From an uncultured bacterium (GTDB lineage: Bacteria; Armatimonadota; Hebobacteria; CAIYQO01): 64,000 nucleotides of DNA. How positions within the stretch are numbered: position 1 is the stretch's first letter; every line of letters begins with the position of its first letter. The notes beneath the pieces were generated by a model. It searched no databases. It had not been told where the DNA came from and was given only the letters and a program-made list of their open reading frames with translations. Below are positions 21,931-31,576 of this stretch, in pieces. Made by a program: the position numbers and the translations under genes. The DNA lies in assembly GCA_964472305.1 (NCBI GenBank), contig CAYYJR010000002.1:38882-102881 (forward strand), given 5' to 3'.

Positions 21931-23424
21931 TCAGAACAGTCGTGCCGAGTTATGAAAATTTCCCAGGCGGACGCCGGCGCGATCAATGGCGATATGCCGT
22001 TTCTCCAGTGATTTGGCGGCGGGCCAGTCTGCCAGGCGGTCGTTGGTGATGATCACCGCGCCGCGGCGCGCGGCTTCCTCGATAAGCAGTTCGTCGGCTG
22101 AGGTGCCGGATTGCGCCATGGTGATTTCGCCGCGCTCCACCATATCCATCAACAGGTCGGGCTGGTCGATGCGGTGGCGCAGGCTGGCGTCCACGATGAT
22201 GAACACCGGGAAATAGCCTTCCTCCCACGCGGCACGGCGGATTTGCGGCAGGAAAGCCAGCCGGCCGCGACTGTGCGGGCTCATGTTGGCCACGTTGCTG
22301 CCGTCCACTATAGCGGGGCGCAACGGACCGGTGAGCACCGCGCGCGGGATGCCGGCGGTTTCCAACTGCGCGAGCAATGCCTGCTCTTTCGCCGGCTGGT
22401 TGGCCAATCGCGCCAGCCCGTCGCGGATGCGGTCGACCAGCGCCACGTCGTTGTCGGCGAAAGCCGCGCGAATGCGGCTGATTCGGAATGATTGCTTGCC
22501 GTGTCCGCTGGGCACGGCGATGGTGGGGTCGTCGGCACGCGCGCGCACGGGGCGCGACGGCGGGATTGGCGGCAACGGCGGAGTTTCGTCGTCCTCTCCC
22601 GCTGTCGCTTGCAACACCGCCAGCCCGCGTTGCACCAGCAGAATGGCTTCCGCGATGCTGGCCGCCGTCGGGGTTGGCGCGGCTACCGGCGCCGTGGGCG
22701 CGGGGTGTTCCGCCAAGCGCAACTGCTTGCGTAACTCTTCGACCTCGTCTTCTGCCTTGCGTGCCCGGCGCTGTTCGCGTTCGACGCGCGCCTCCGCTGC
22801 TGCCAGTTGTTTCGTTAAGTCCGCTTCCCGCGCTTGGGCTTGCGTCACAGCGCCGCGCAATCCGGCCACTTCGCGGCGCAGCGCGTCGTGCTCCGTGCTC
22901 ACCGCTTGCATGCGCCGCCGCAGCTCGGTCATTTCGGACTGCACATCGGCGATGACGGCGGAAGTCGCGGCGGCATGTCCGGGACGGTTCGCCGCGGGGG
23001 GTGCTTCCGCACGATCGATCTCCGCCAGTCGATCAGCCCAGGCGCGCACACCTTCGCGCTCGGTGTGCAATAATCCGTACCGTAGCGCCTCAGTCCCGTA
23101 ACGCTCCAGCAGCGGGCGCAACGCCGTCGCGGATGGCGTAAAATCGGCGGCGTTCACCACGTGCAGCAACTCGGTGAAGGTTTCTTTCCAGGCGTCCAGC
23201 AGACGGACTGCCAGCTTCGGCTGCCGCTCCAACTCATGCAGCAATCGTTGCTGCACGATTGGCCGCGCCAGCGAGGCCGTGCGCGGCGTGAAACCCTGCA
23301 GCACCACCCGGCACAATGCCGTTTCCCCCTTCACGAAGTCAAGCAACCGTCGTGGCGGCAGGCTGCCGATCAGCAACGCCAGCGGCGCAGGCGCGTTTTC
23401 CGGGTTATGCGCGGTAATAGTCAT
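21931..23424 (-). CDS. Coiled-coil protein with C-terminal NYN/Zc3h12a-like PIN ribonuclease domain
   Basis: IVDGSNVA, IIVDAS, SADELLI, ITNDRLADW; central heptad coiled coil. Confidence 0.8.
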   Translation of the reverse strand: MTITAHNPENAPAPLALLIGSLPPRRLLDFVKGETALCRVVLQGFTPRTASLARPIVQQRLLHELERQPKLAVRLLDAWKETFTELLHVVNAADFTPSATALRPLLERYGTEALRYGLLHTEREGVRAWADRLAEIDRAEAPPAANRPGHAAATSAVIADVQSEMTELRRRMQAVSTEHDALRREVAGLRGAVTQAQAREADLTKQLAAAEARVEREQRRARKAEDEVEELRKQLRLAEHPAPTAPVAAPTPTAASIAEAILLVQRGLAVLQATAGEDDETPPLPPIPPSRPVRARADDPTIAVPSGHGKQSFRISRIRAAFADNDVALVDRIRDGLARLANQPAKEQALLAQLETAGIPRAVLTGPLRPAIVDGSNVANMSPHSRGRLAFLPQIRRAAWEEGYFPVFIIVDASLRHRIDQPDLLMDMVERGEITMAQSGTSADELLIEEAARRGAVIITNDRLADWPAAKSLEKRHIAIDRAGVRLGNFHNSARLF

Positions 23425-23480
23425 TGGCACCAGTATAACAAGCCCGAGCGGAAAGGCTCAATAGCCGGGACCGATTGGCA

Positions 23481-23514
23481 GCACGCGCCTCCCGATATGT
23501 CGGGAGGCGCGTGC
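23481..23514. terminator. 15-bp stem hairpin between argF and the NYN gene
   Basis: GCACGCGCCTCCCGA-tatg-TCGGGAGGCGCGTGC. Confidence 0.55.
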
Positions 23515-23621
23515 AACGGGGAATGCGTCATTCGGTCGCGTTGAACGTCGAAGAACAGTTCCGATGTCGCGGGGTGTCCAACGGTGGCTGGACCCATATG
23601 GGTCGTGTGAAGCTCCCGACG

Positions 23622-24560
23622 CTAGGCTGGTGACCAACCGAAGGCCAGCGCCAGCACCGCTTTCTGTACGTGCAACCGGTTCTCCGCTTCGTCCAGCACC
23701 ACCGACTGCGGGCCTTCCAGCACCTCTTCGGTGATCTCTTCCCCGCGGTGAGCCGGCAGGCAATGCATCACCAGCGCATCCGGTTTCGCGCAAGCGAGCA
23801 GTTCGGCATTCAACTGGTAGGGTGGGAAAACACGCAGGCGCTCGGTCGTTTCCGCTTCCTGGCCCATGCTGGTCCACACGTCAGTATACAGCACATCGGC
23901 ACCCGCGGCCAGCGCGCGGGCATCCGGTCCAACCTCGATGACGGCGCCGGTCGCGCGGCCGATTTCGCGGGCACGGGCCACGATGTCTTCCGCCGGCGCA
24001 TACCCCGCCGGGCACGCGATGGCGCAATGGACGCCCAGCTTGGCTGCCAGCAGAAGCAGGCTGTGCGCCACGTTGTTGCCGTCGCCGACATAGACCAGCT
24101 TGCGCCCACGCAGGTCGCCTTTATACTCGATGAACGTCTGGAAATCCGCCAGCGCCTGGCAGGGGTGCTCGCGATCTGACAGCGCGTTGATGACCGGCAC
24201 CGCGGCGTATTCCGCCAGTTCAAGGATCGACTGGTGCGAGAAAGTGCGTGCCATGATAGCCTGTACCCAGCGCGACAGGTTGCGCGCCACGTCTTTCACC
24301 GGCTCGCGCTTGCCCAGCCCGATGTCCGACGGCTGCAGGTAGATGGCATGCCCGCCCATTTGCGTCATCGCAACTTCGAAAGTGACCCGCGTACGCAGCG
24401 ACGGCTTCTCAAAAATCATCGCCAGCGTATTGCCGGCGGCCAGTTGGCTCACCTCGTCAGGCCGGACCTTGAGCCGCGCCGCGGCGGCAAGGATGGCTGC
24501 GAGTTCCTCAGATGTGAAGTCGTCGATCGAACACAGGTTCCGATCACGCAGTTGGATCAT
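23622..24560 (-). CDS. argF: Ornithine carbamoyltransferase
   Basis: FEKPSLRT, HPCQ, GDGNN, DVWTSMG, HCLP. Confidence 0.97.
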   Translation of the reverse strand: MIQLRDRNLCSIDDFTSEELAAILAAAARLKVRPDEVSQLAAGNTLAMIFEKPSLRTRVTFEVAMTQMGGHAIYLQPSDIGLGKREPVKDVARNLSRWVQAIMARTFSHQSILELAEYAAVPVINALSDREHPCQALADFQTFIEYKGDLRGRKLVYVGDGNNVAHSLLLLAAKLGVHCAIACPAGYAPAEDIVARAREIGRATGAVIEVGPDARALAAGADVLYTDVWTSMGQEAETTERLRVFPPYQLNAELLACAKPDALVMHCLPAHRGEEITEEVLEGPQSVVLDEAENRLHVQKAVLALAFGWSPA

Positions 24561-24927
24561 TCTGTCCTCCGTCGGTCACCGGGCGCTGGGCGGCGCGCAA
24601 CGACCAGAGTAAACTGATGAACAATCCGATCGCCAGCGCGAATCCCCCGTAAATCAACGCGCGCTGCCCGGGCGCCAGCTTGTGCACGCGCGCGAGTTGT
24701 GTTCCCAGTTCGCCGGCAATCGATTCCTGGCGCGGCACCGGACCGACCAGCCGCTGCAACAGTGCGAACACGCCGATAATGACGGCAAACGTCAACCACA
24801 ACTCGGCGATCACCAGCACTATTGTGCGCCGGTCCGCGCCTGCCGAACCTAATCGAATACGCAGCAGCACGCTGACATACACCAGCGTAAACGCTACCAG
24901 CACCACCAGCATGGGCAAATCGCTCAT
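24544..24927 (-). CDS. Hypothetical membrane protein (3 TM)
   Basis: Three hydrophobic helices; overlaps the argF start. Confidence 0.6.
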   Translation of the reverse strand: MSDLPMLVVLVAFTLVYVSVLLRIRLGSAGADRRTIVLVIAELWLTFAVIIGVFALLQRLVGPVPRQESIAGELGTQLARVHKLAPGQRALIYGGFALAIGLFISLLWSLRAAQRPVTDGGQNDPTA

Positions 24928-25064
24928 CAGCGGTATTGTACCCCGCATCCCGACGGATTGCCAAGGGGCGGTGAGATGACAAGCGACACATGACGAGTGG
25001 TGCGTTGTCGTGGCGGTGTGCCTGGCTCAGTTCGTGAGAGCTCTCCGGGTGGTTGCGTTGATGC

Positions 25065-25364
25065 TCAACGTTTTTTGAAGAGACCGAGAAAGCCCAACGG
25101 CGCGCGGCGGGGCGGATCGGCGGGAAGCGGTGTTCCCTCTTCCGCCGGACCAAACGATTCCGGTTCCGGCAACTGCGCCAGCACCGCGCGCAACTCCGCC
25201 ATATTCGGGTGATCAGGTGAGCGTGCGCGCAGTTTCGCGAACAGGGTGGCCTTCAACTCGCGCACTGTCTCCGCGCGCGCCTCGGGCGTGGCCTGACGCA
25301 GGTGCGACGCCACCTCGTCCAGATAGGCGTCAATGCATGCTTTTAACTCCGGTCGAATCGTCAT
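25065..25364 (-). CDS. Small HAAS/DUF1700-like protein
   Basis: IDAYLDEVASHL...ETVREL...AVLAQLPEPE pattern; AAGGA RBS. Confidence 0.6.
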   Translation of the reverse strand: MTIRPELKACIDAYLDEVASHLRQATPEARAETVRELKATLFAKLRARSPDHPNMAELRAVLAQLPEPESFGPAEEGTPLPADPPRRAPLGFLGLFKKR

Positions 25365-25682
25365 GCGGTCCGTCCTTCCCCCGGTGGGCGGTTGCCTGTC
25401 GCTATGTTTCCACGCGCGCAGACGATTCCCTGCCGTTCCCGGCCAAGTGTCTGACTCCGCCACGTGATACACCGAACGCTGTTGCCAAACGTTTGATTGC
25501 GTCACGCCTGGATTTCCGGTACACTGTGTGCACTCTGTGCCAGGGAAACCGGGCGGGGGAGTGGCGGTCCGTCAGATTGTTGCCGGCGGCGCGCAGGCGA
25601 CGGCAGGAGTCCGTCCTGGGCAGGCGGAAATAGAGCAGGGAGGGTGTCCCGGCGGGCCGGATGCCCGGAATGAGGAAGTGAC

Positions 25683-26834
25683 GTGAGCGTGGACATGCAG
25701 TCTTCAGCGCGTCGCCAGCTTGCCGCGGCGACGCGCATAGTGGTCAAGGTAGGCAGCAACCTGGTCGCCACCCCGGAGGGGGACTTCAACCACCCTCTGC
25801 TGGATGGAGTGGTGCGCGAGATCGCCACGTTGAGCGGGCAGGGACGCGAAGTGCTGCTGGTCACCTCGGGAGCGGTGCGGCTGGGACTGGCGAAGATGCG
25901 GCTCCTCGGTCAGGGGAAACCCGACCTTTCCACCCGCCAAGCCGCCGCGGCCGTAGGGCAGGTGGAGTTGATCGCGCATTACAACGCGCTGTTCCTGCAA
26001 CACGGGTGCACGGTGGGGCAACTGCTGCTCACCGGTGATGACATCGCCGACCGCCACCGTTACCTGCACATCCGCAACACCCTGCTGCCCATGCTGCACC
26101 GCCATCAGGTGGTGCCCGTCATCAATGAAAACGATTCCGTCTCCGTGGAGGGAGTGCAGATCGGCGAGAACGACCGGCTGGCCGCACTGATCGCGGGCAA
26201 GGTGCAGTGCGATCTGCTCATTATCCTTTCCGACGTAGAAGGTCTGTATACCGCCGATCCGACCACCGACCCGCAGGCCAAGTTGGTGCACGAAGTGCGC
26301 AAGATCACTCCATCTATCGAGGCAACCGCCGGCGGCAGCACCTCGGGCGTCGGTCGCGGCGGCATGCGCTCCAAGGTGACCGCTGCCCGGCTCGCAACCC
26401 GCATGGGAGCGCATATGGTGATCGCCCTGGGTCGGCATCCACGGGTGATCGCGCGTATTCTGGACGGCGAAGAGATCGGCACGCTGTTCGTCGCCCGCGG
26501 CGACAACCGCGTGGGGGCGCGCAAGCAATGGCTGGGCTTCGCCGCGCTGCCGCAAGGCATTCTGCGCGTGGACGACGGCGCCGCGCGCGCGCTGGCCCAA
26601 CGGGGATCCAGCCTGTTGCCGGTGGGAGTGCGCGAAGTGGAAGGCACATTCCAGGCCGGCGACGTGGTGGCCGTGCAGGACCCCGCCGGGCGGGAGATCG
26701 CACGTGGCCTGGTCAATTACACCGGCGTTGAAATGCGGCAAATTGCCGGACAACATACCGCGCAAATTGAGCAGATTTTGGGGTATCATCCATATGATGA
26801 GGCAATCCATCGCGATAACCTCGTCGTGTTGTAG
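25683..26834 (+). CDS. proB: Glutamate 5-kinase
   Basis: VVKVGS, VTSGAV, INENDSV, GGMRSK, C-terminal PUA domain. Confidence 0.97.
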   Translation: MSVDMQSSARRQLAAATRIVVKVGSNLVATPEGDFNHPLLDGVVREIATLSGQGREVLLVTSGAVRLGLAKMRLLGQGKPDLSTRQAAAAVGQVELIAHYNALFLQHGCTVGQLLLTGDDIADRHRYLHIRNTLLPMLHRHQVVPVINENDSVSVEGVQIGENDRLAALIAGKVQCDLLIILSDVEGLYTADPTTDPQAKLVHEVRKITPSIEATAGGSTSGVGRGGMRSKVTAARLATRMGAHMVIALGRHPRVIARILDGEEIGTLFVARGDNRVGARKQWLGFAALPQGILRVDDGAARALAQRGSSLLPVGVREVEGTFQAGDVVAVQDPAGREIARGLVNYTGVEMRQIAGQHTAQIEQILGYHPYDEAIHRDNLVVL

Positions 26835-26871
26835 CCCCCCGGCTGTTCAGGAAGGTTGAGTCAGGATCGTT

Positions 26872-28212
26872 ATGCTCATATTGCGCGCCGCTCGCTCGTT
26901 GCTGGTCATCGCGGCCGTCATGCTGGCGGCGGCGCCGCGCGTGCGTGCGGTTGATGTGCCCAATCCCTTTCCGCCCGGCAGCTTCATCACCCATACGTTG
27001 CCCAACGGGCTACGCCTGCTGGTGCACGAGGACCACTCGCTGCCCATCGTCGCCTTGGTGGTGGTGTTGCGCACCGGTTCCGCCCTCAATAGCGATCCGC
27101 GCGGTGTGGCGCACTACCACGAGCACCTGATCTTTCAAGGCACGGAGCATTACCCCGGCAGATTGGCGCCGCAATACGCGCTGGAACAGGTCGGCGGTAT
27201 CAGTAACGCCACCACCTCGCGCGATATGACGCGTATCTCCGCCACCGCCGGTTCCGGTCAGGTGGCGCTGCTGATGAACGTGCTCGCCGATGTCTTGCTG
27301 GCGCCAACCCTTGACGACGATAGTTTTGCACGTGAACGCTCGATCATCCTGGCGGAGATTCAGCAGGACGGCGACAATCCGCTGACCATGCTGCTCAACC
27401 TGGGCTACGCGAGTTCGTACCAGGCGTATCCCTATCGATATCGCCCCACCGGGAGCATCGAGGACGTGTTGCGGTTGAACCCCGCCGACGTGCGCGCCTT
27501 CAACCAGCGCTGGGCAAAGCCCAACAACCTGAGCGTGGTGCTGGTCGGCGACGTGACACTGCCGCGCGCTATTGCGCTGGCACAACAGGCGTTCGGCGCC
27601 GCCCAATCGGGGTTGCTGCCGGCGCCGCCCGCGGCGGAGCCGCCGTCCCCCGAAGCCATTATGCGCGAGCATGTGGCGCGCCCCATGGCGGATACCTTCC
27701 AACTGCTGGTGTATCCCGCCTGCCCCACCGGCGATTTTACCACGATGGTCGCCACGGATTTGCTGTATACGCTGTTGTCGAGCGGCGGCGACGCGTTGCT
27801 GCCGCGCCAGTGGGCGACTGACGCGGTGACACCCACCGACTTCGGCGTTGAATATGTCAGCACGCGCGCGCCGGGACGATTCATGATCTGGGCGCAAACC
27901 CCGCCCGCCCAGGCGTACAAACTGCGGCAATCCACCATGACGCTGATGACCAGATTGGCCACCGAAGCGGTGCCCGACGAGTTGTTCACCGCGGCCAAGC
28001 AGCGCCTCGCCACGCAGTTTCTGCTGGAGAACGAAACCTACAGTCAGCAAGCCGCGACGATCGCCTTCTACGAAGGCCTGGGCAAATCGCCCCAGCTTAG
28101 CCGCTACCTACCCATCGTGCAGTCGCTGACGTTACAGCAATTGCGCGCCGCGCTGCCGAAGCGCCCGCTGGCCTGGGTGACGCTGGGGCAGCGACCGGAG
28201 GGAGAACGATGA
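26872..28212 (+). CDS. M16 peptidase, catalytic subunit (secreted)
   Basis: LPNGL, HYHEH (HxxEH), NATT, signal peptide. Confidence 0.9.
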   Translation: MLILRAARSLLVIAAVMLAAAPRVRAVDVPNPFPPGSFITHTLPNGLRLLVHEDHSLPIVALVVVLRTGSALNSDPRGVAHYHEHLIFQGTEHYPGRLAPQYALEQVGGISNATTSRDMTRISATAGSGQVALLMNVLADVLLAPTLDDDSFARERSIILAEIQQDGDNPLTMLLNLGYASSYQAYPYRYRPTGSIEDVLRLNPADVRAFNQRWAKPNNLSVVLVGDVTLPRAIALAQQAFGAAQSGLLPAPPAAEPPSPEAIMREHVARPMADTFQLLVYPACPTGDFTTMVATDLLYTLLSSGGDALLPRQWATDAVTPTDFGVEYVSTRAPGRFMIWAQTPPAQAYKLRQSTMTLMTRLATEAVPDELFTAAKQRLATQFLLENETYSQQAATIAFYEGLGKSPQLSRYLPIVQSLTLQQLRAALPKRPLAWVTLGQRPEGER

Positions 28213-29567
28213 TGCGATGGAGCGTGCTGCTGTTGCTGGCGCTGGCATCCCTGCTCGCCTCCCATGCCGATGACGTGACCACCGAGCGGTGGGCGAACGG
28301 CTTCCGGCTGACCATCGTGCCCACCACCGCGTCGCAGGTCGTTTCCATCGAACTGTTGATCGATTACGCGGCCTTCGACGAAAAGGCCGACGTGCAGGGT
28401 ATTCGTCAAGTGTTGGTGACCAGCATGCTGCAGGGGTCGTCTGATGCCGCGGGGTCGGTGATCCAGCAGACGCTCACCGCTCTGGGTGGCAAGATGGAAG
28501 GCGGCGTCCACCAGGACATGCTGGAGTTCCGCGTGACCGTGCCTGCCAGCAGCATTTCGGTCGGCCTGGCGGCGCTGGCAGAGATTGTCTGCCACCCGAA
28601 ACTCACCGATGACGGCATCATGCAAGCCATCGAACATACCCGGCAATTACAACGGATTCCTCCGGTCACCGCGTTGCAATCGGCTTCGGTGCTGTCCTAC
28701 ACCAGTCTGTACGCCGGGCATCCTTTCGGCACCCGCGCGCTGGGCACGCCTGACACGCTGGATCAGATCACGCCTGCACGCGTGCGGGCGGCGTATCATG
28801 ATTACGTGCTGCCCGGTGCGGCGATCATGGCCGTGGTCGGTCGCTGCACGCCTGACGCCGTGCGCGGTGCCATCCGCTCCGGGTTCGGCTTGTGGGAAAA
28901 CCGCCCGCGCCCACCCCGTCTCACCGTCGCCAACCCCTCGATCGAGGAGTCGGAGCTGGTGCTGCGTGAATTGCCGGTCGGCAGCGCGTGCATCATGCTC
29001 ACCTTCCCGGTGTGCGGCGCCGCGCACCCGGACTTTTTACCGTTGCGCCTGCTGGATACGCTGCTCTCCGGCGGCACCGGCGCGCGGCTGTTCCGCGTGG
29101 TGCGCGAACAGCGCCACCTCGCCTACGAAGTCTCGACCATTTTTCCCACCCAGCGCGCGTGCAGCCAGTTCTCGTTATACGCATTGACGCGCGCCACCAC
29201 GATGGAGGAAACCCGCGCCGTCATGACCGCTGAGTTGGCGCGATTGCAAACGGAGCCGGTTTCCGCGGAGGAGTTGCAGCGCGCCAAAGCTTACCTGAAA
29301 GGTCACTACCTGCTCTCACACCAATACAGCGCGCAATATGCCTTTGACCTCACCTGGTACGAATTGATCGGGCGAGGCGCCGGATTCAACCGCGCGGTGG
29401 CTGCCAACATCGACGCCATCACTCCGAAAGACATTCAACGCGTCGCGCGTACCTATTTCACGCATTATTACCTCATTGTCGTGGTGCCGGAGTTGGATTT
29501 TACGGCGGACGATGCCGTCGGCAGCATATCCAACCATATGGTTAATGTTTTTTTAACGCATAAATAG
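28209..29567 (+). CDS. M16 peptidase, non-catalytic partner subunit
   Basis: No HxxEH; RLFRVVREQRHLAY motif; start overlaps the upstream stop. Confidence 0.88.
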   Translation: MMRWSVLLLLALASLLASHADDVTTERWANGFRLTIVPTTASQVVSIELLIDYAAFDEKADVQGIRQVLVTSMLQGSSDAAGSVIQQTLTALGGKMEGGVHQDMLEFRVTVPASSISVGLAALAEIVCHPKLTDDGIMQAIEHTRQLQRIPPVTALQSASVLSYTSLYAGHPFGTRALGTPDTLDQITPARVRAAYHDYVLPGAAIMAVVGRCTPDAVRGAIRSGFGLWENRPRPPRLTVANPSIEESELVLRELPVGSACIMLTFPVCGAAHPDFLPLRLLDTLLSGGTGARLFRVVREQRHLAYEVSTIFPTQRACSQFSLYALTRATTMEETRAVMTAELARLQTEPVSAEELQRAKAYLKGHYLLSHQYSAQYAFDLTWYELIGRGAGFNRAVAANIDAITPKDIQRVARTYFTHYYLIVVVPELDFTADDAVGSISNHMVNVFLTHK

Positions 29568-29602
29568 TGTAACGAAGCACGTAATCGTGGAAAACAGTTA
29601 GT

Positions 29603-29938
29603 ATGATGCTGACGAATGGCAAACGAGTTGATCTGGAACATATTCTGCTGGACCAGTGGGCCGGGCAATCCACCCCCCACGCCGGCCTGGTGGAACAGCG
29701 CGTGTTGGAGTTGGAGCATATGGGAATGCTCGATGCCGAGGAGATGCCCGGCGTACCGAGCAGCCTGCGCCAATATGCCATCGCCACGCTGCAGCATTTC
29801 AAACCGGAATTCTTCATCACTTACGATGATGAACTGTTATCGCATCGCGACGCGCTGGAACTACGCTACGGGTTGGTGATTCTCTCCGTGCATGAGGCCA
29901 TGCTGTTGCTGCGGGAGTCGAATGACCCACCGAATTGA
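29603..29938 (+). CDS. Hypothetical protein, PIN-like C-terminal motif
   Basis: AIATL...EFFITYDDELL...LVILSV; overlaps the mnmE start. Confidence 0.6.
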   Translation: MMLTNGKRVDLEHILLDQWAGQSTPHAGLVEQRVLELEHMGMLDAEEMPGVPSSLRQYAIATLQHFKPEFFITYDDELLSHRDALELRYGLVILSVHEAMLLLRESNDPPN

Positions 29939-31322
29939 CGACATCGCCATGCCGGCACCCAACACTATTGCCGCCGTCTCCACCCCGCCTGGAGAGGGCG
30001 GCATCGGCGTTATACGGCTTTCCGGACCGGACGCCGTTGCCATCGCCTGCCGCCTTTTTCGCCGCGCGGATGGCACGGCACTCGACAATCCGGAGCCGTT
30101 CAGGCAATACTACGGCCACGTGGTCGATCCCGACCGCGCGGAGATCGTCGATGAAGTGCTGTTGAGCGTGATGCGTGCGCCGCGCAGCTACACGCGCGAG
30201 GATATGGCGGAGATCAGCGGGCATGGCGGCCCGGCACCGCTACGGGCGCTGCTGGCACTGGCCTGTGCGCACGGGGCGCGGTTAGCGCAGCCGGGTGAAT
30301 TCACCCAGCGCGCCTTCCTCAACGGGCGCATCGATCTGACGCAGGCGGAGGCGGTACTGGATACCGTGCGTGCGCGCACTGACGCCGGCCTGCGCGCGGC
30401 GCAGCATCTGCTGCATGGGGAACTGGGACGGCGGGTGCGCGGCCTGCGTGCGCGCATCGTGGCGCTGCTTGCCTCGCTGGAGGTCGCCATCGATTATGCC
30501 GACGAGGACATCACCTTCCTCACCCCGACGGAAATTGCCGCCGAGATCGCCGCGCTGCGAGCTGAAACGACGGTACTGCTCGCTTCGCATCACCGGGGCA
30601 AGCTGCTGCGCGAAGGCGCGGGCACGGCGATCATCGGACGACCCAACACCGGTAAATCCAGCCTGCTCAACGCACTGCTCGGCGAGGCGCGCGCCATCGT
30701 CACCGCGACGCCGGGCACCACGCGCGACGTAATCGAGGAGCAGATTGACCTCGCCGGCGTGCCGTTGCGCTTGCTCGACACCGCGGGCATCCGTCACACG
30801 GACGATGAAATCGAGCGCCTGGGCGTGGAGCGCAGCCGCGGTGCGCAACAAGCCGCCGATCTGCTGTTGCTGGTACTCGACCGCTCGCTGCCGCTGCAGA
30901 CAGAGGACTGTGAGTTGCTGGACGCGTTGCCGGGTCGACCCGCCGTGGTGGTACTGAACAAGGCCGACCTGCCCGCACGGATTACGCCGGAGGAGATCGA
31001 TGCCGCGCTCCCGGTGGTCGAACTGTCCGCCGTGACCGGCATCGGCTTGCCACGCCTGGAAGCGGTACTGCGCGAGTTGCTGCTGGGCGGCACGGTGGCC
31101 AGCGACTCCCCCGCGCTGGCGAATCAGCGTCAGCGCGACGCCGCCGAGCGCGCCGCCGGGGCACTCGACCAGGCCGCCGCCACCCTCGCCGCCGGCGGCA
31201 CCGAAGAACTGCTCGCTGTCGACCTGATGGCTGCCGCCCACGCGCTGGGTGAACTCACCGGCGACGACGTACGCGAAGAAGTGATCCACGAACTGTTCGC
31301 CCACTTTTGTGTGGGAAAGTAA
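29922..31322 (+). CDS. mnmE: tRNA modification GTPase MnmE
   Basis: TIAAVSTP, GRPNTGKSS, GTTRD, DTAG, NKAD, C-terminal FCVGK. Confidence 0.97.
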   Translation: MTHRIDDIAMPAPNTIAAVSTPPGEGGIGVIRLSGPDAVAIACRLFRRADGTALDNPEPFRQYYGHVVDPDRAEIVDEVLLSVMRAPRSYTREDMAEISGHGGPAPLRALLALACAHGARLAQPGEFTQRAFLNGRIDLTQAEAVLDTVRARTDAGLRAAQHLLHGELGRRVRGLRARIVALLASLEVAIDYADEDITFLTPTEIAAEIAALRAETTVLLASHHRGKLLREGAGTAIIGRPNTGKSSLLNALLGEARAIVTATPGTTRDVIEEQIDLAGVPLRLLDTAGIRHTDDEIERLGVERSRGAQQAADLLLLVLDRSLPLQTEDCELLDALPGRPAVVVLNKADLPARITPEEIDAALPVVELSAVTGIGLPRLEAVLRELLLGGTVASDSPALANQRQRDAAERAAGALDQAAATLAAGGTEELLAVDLMAAAHALGELTGDDVREEVIHELFAHFCVGK

Positions 31323-31465
31323 CACCTGAAAATACCGGCATCTCACCAGGCCGCTGCCGGCTGAGGAATGAGCGCCGTTGTACCGACACTTCTTTACCGG
31401 ATCACGCACCCGTCCTTGCCCCCGTTTTTATTCACGAACGCTACAGTCACCATGATCTTTCTGGT

Positions 31466-31494
31466 TTGACAGTCCCCCCTGGTCTATTTATACT
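31466..31494 (+). promoter_or_regulatory. sigma70-type promoter
   Basis: TTGACA-17 nt-TATACT. Confidence 0.7.
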
Positions 31495-31576
31495 GGATGC
31501 AGAATTTGCCGGCACTGGCCGGCACCCGGTATCACGTATGCCGCATCATGCCCCCACAGACAACCCGGCGTCAGAC

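Noticed and set aside
23622-24560. Non-ornithine transcarbamylase suggested by SLRT instead of STRT
   Set aside because: The SMG loop and HCLP are intact, consistent with an ordinary OTC
25370-25682. T-box or riboswitch upstream of proB (pyrG, tyrA and cooC leaders also checked)
   Set aside because: No T-box, SAM-I, cobalamin or c-di-GMP consensus could be recognised
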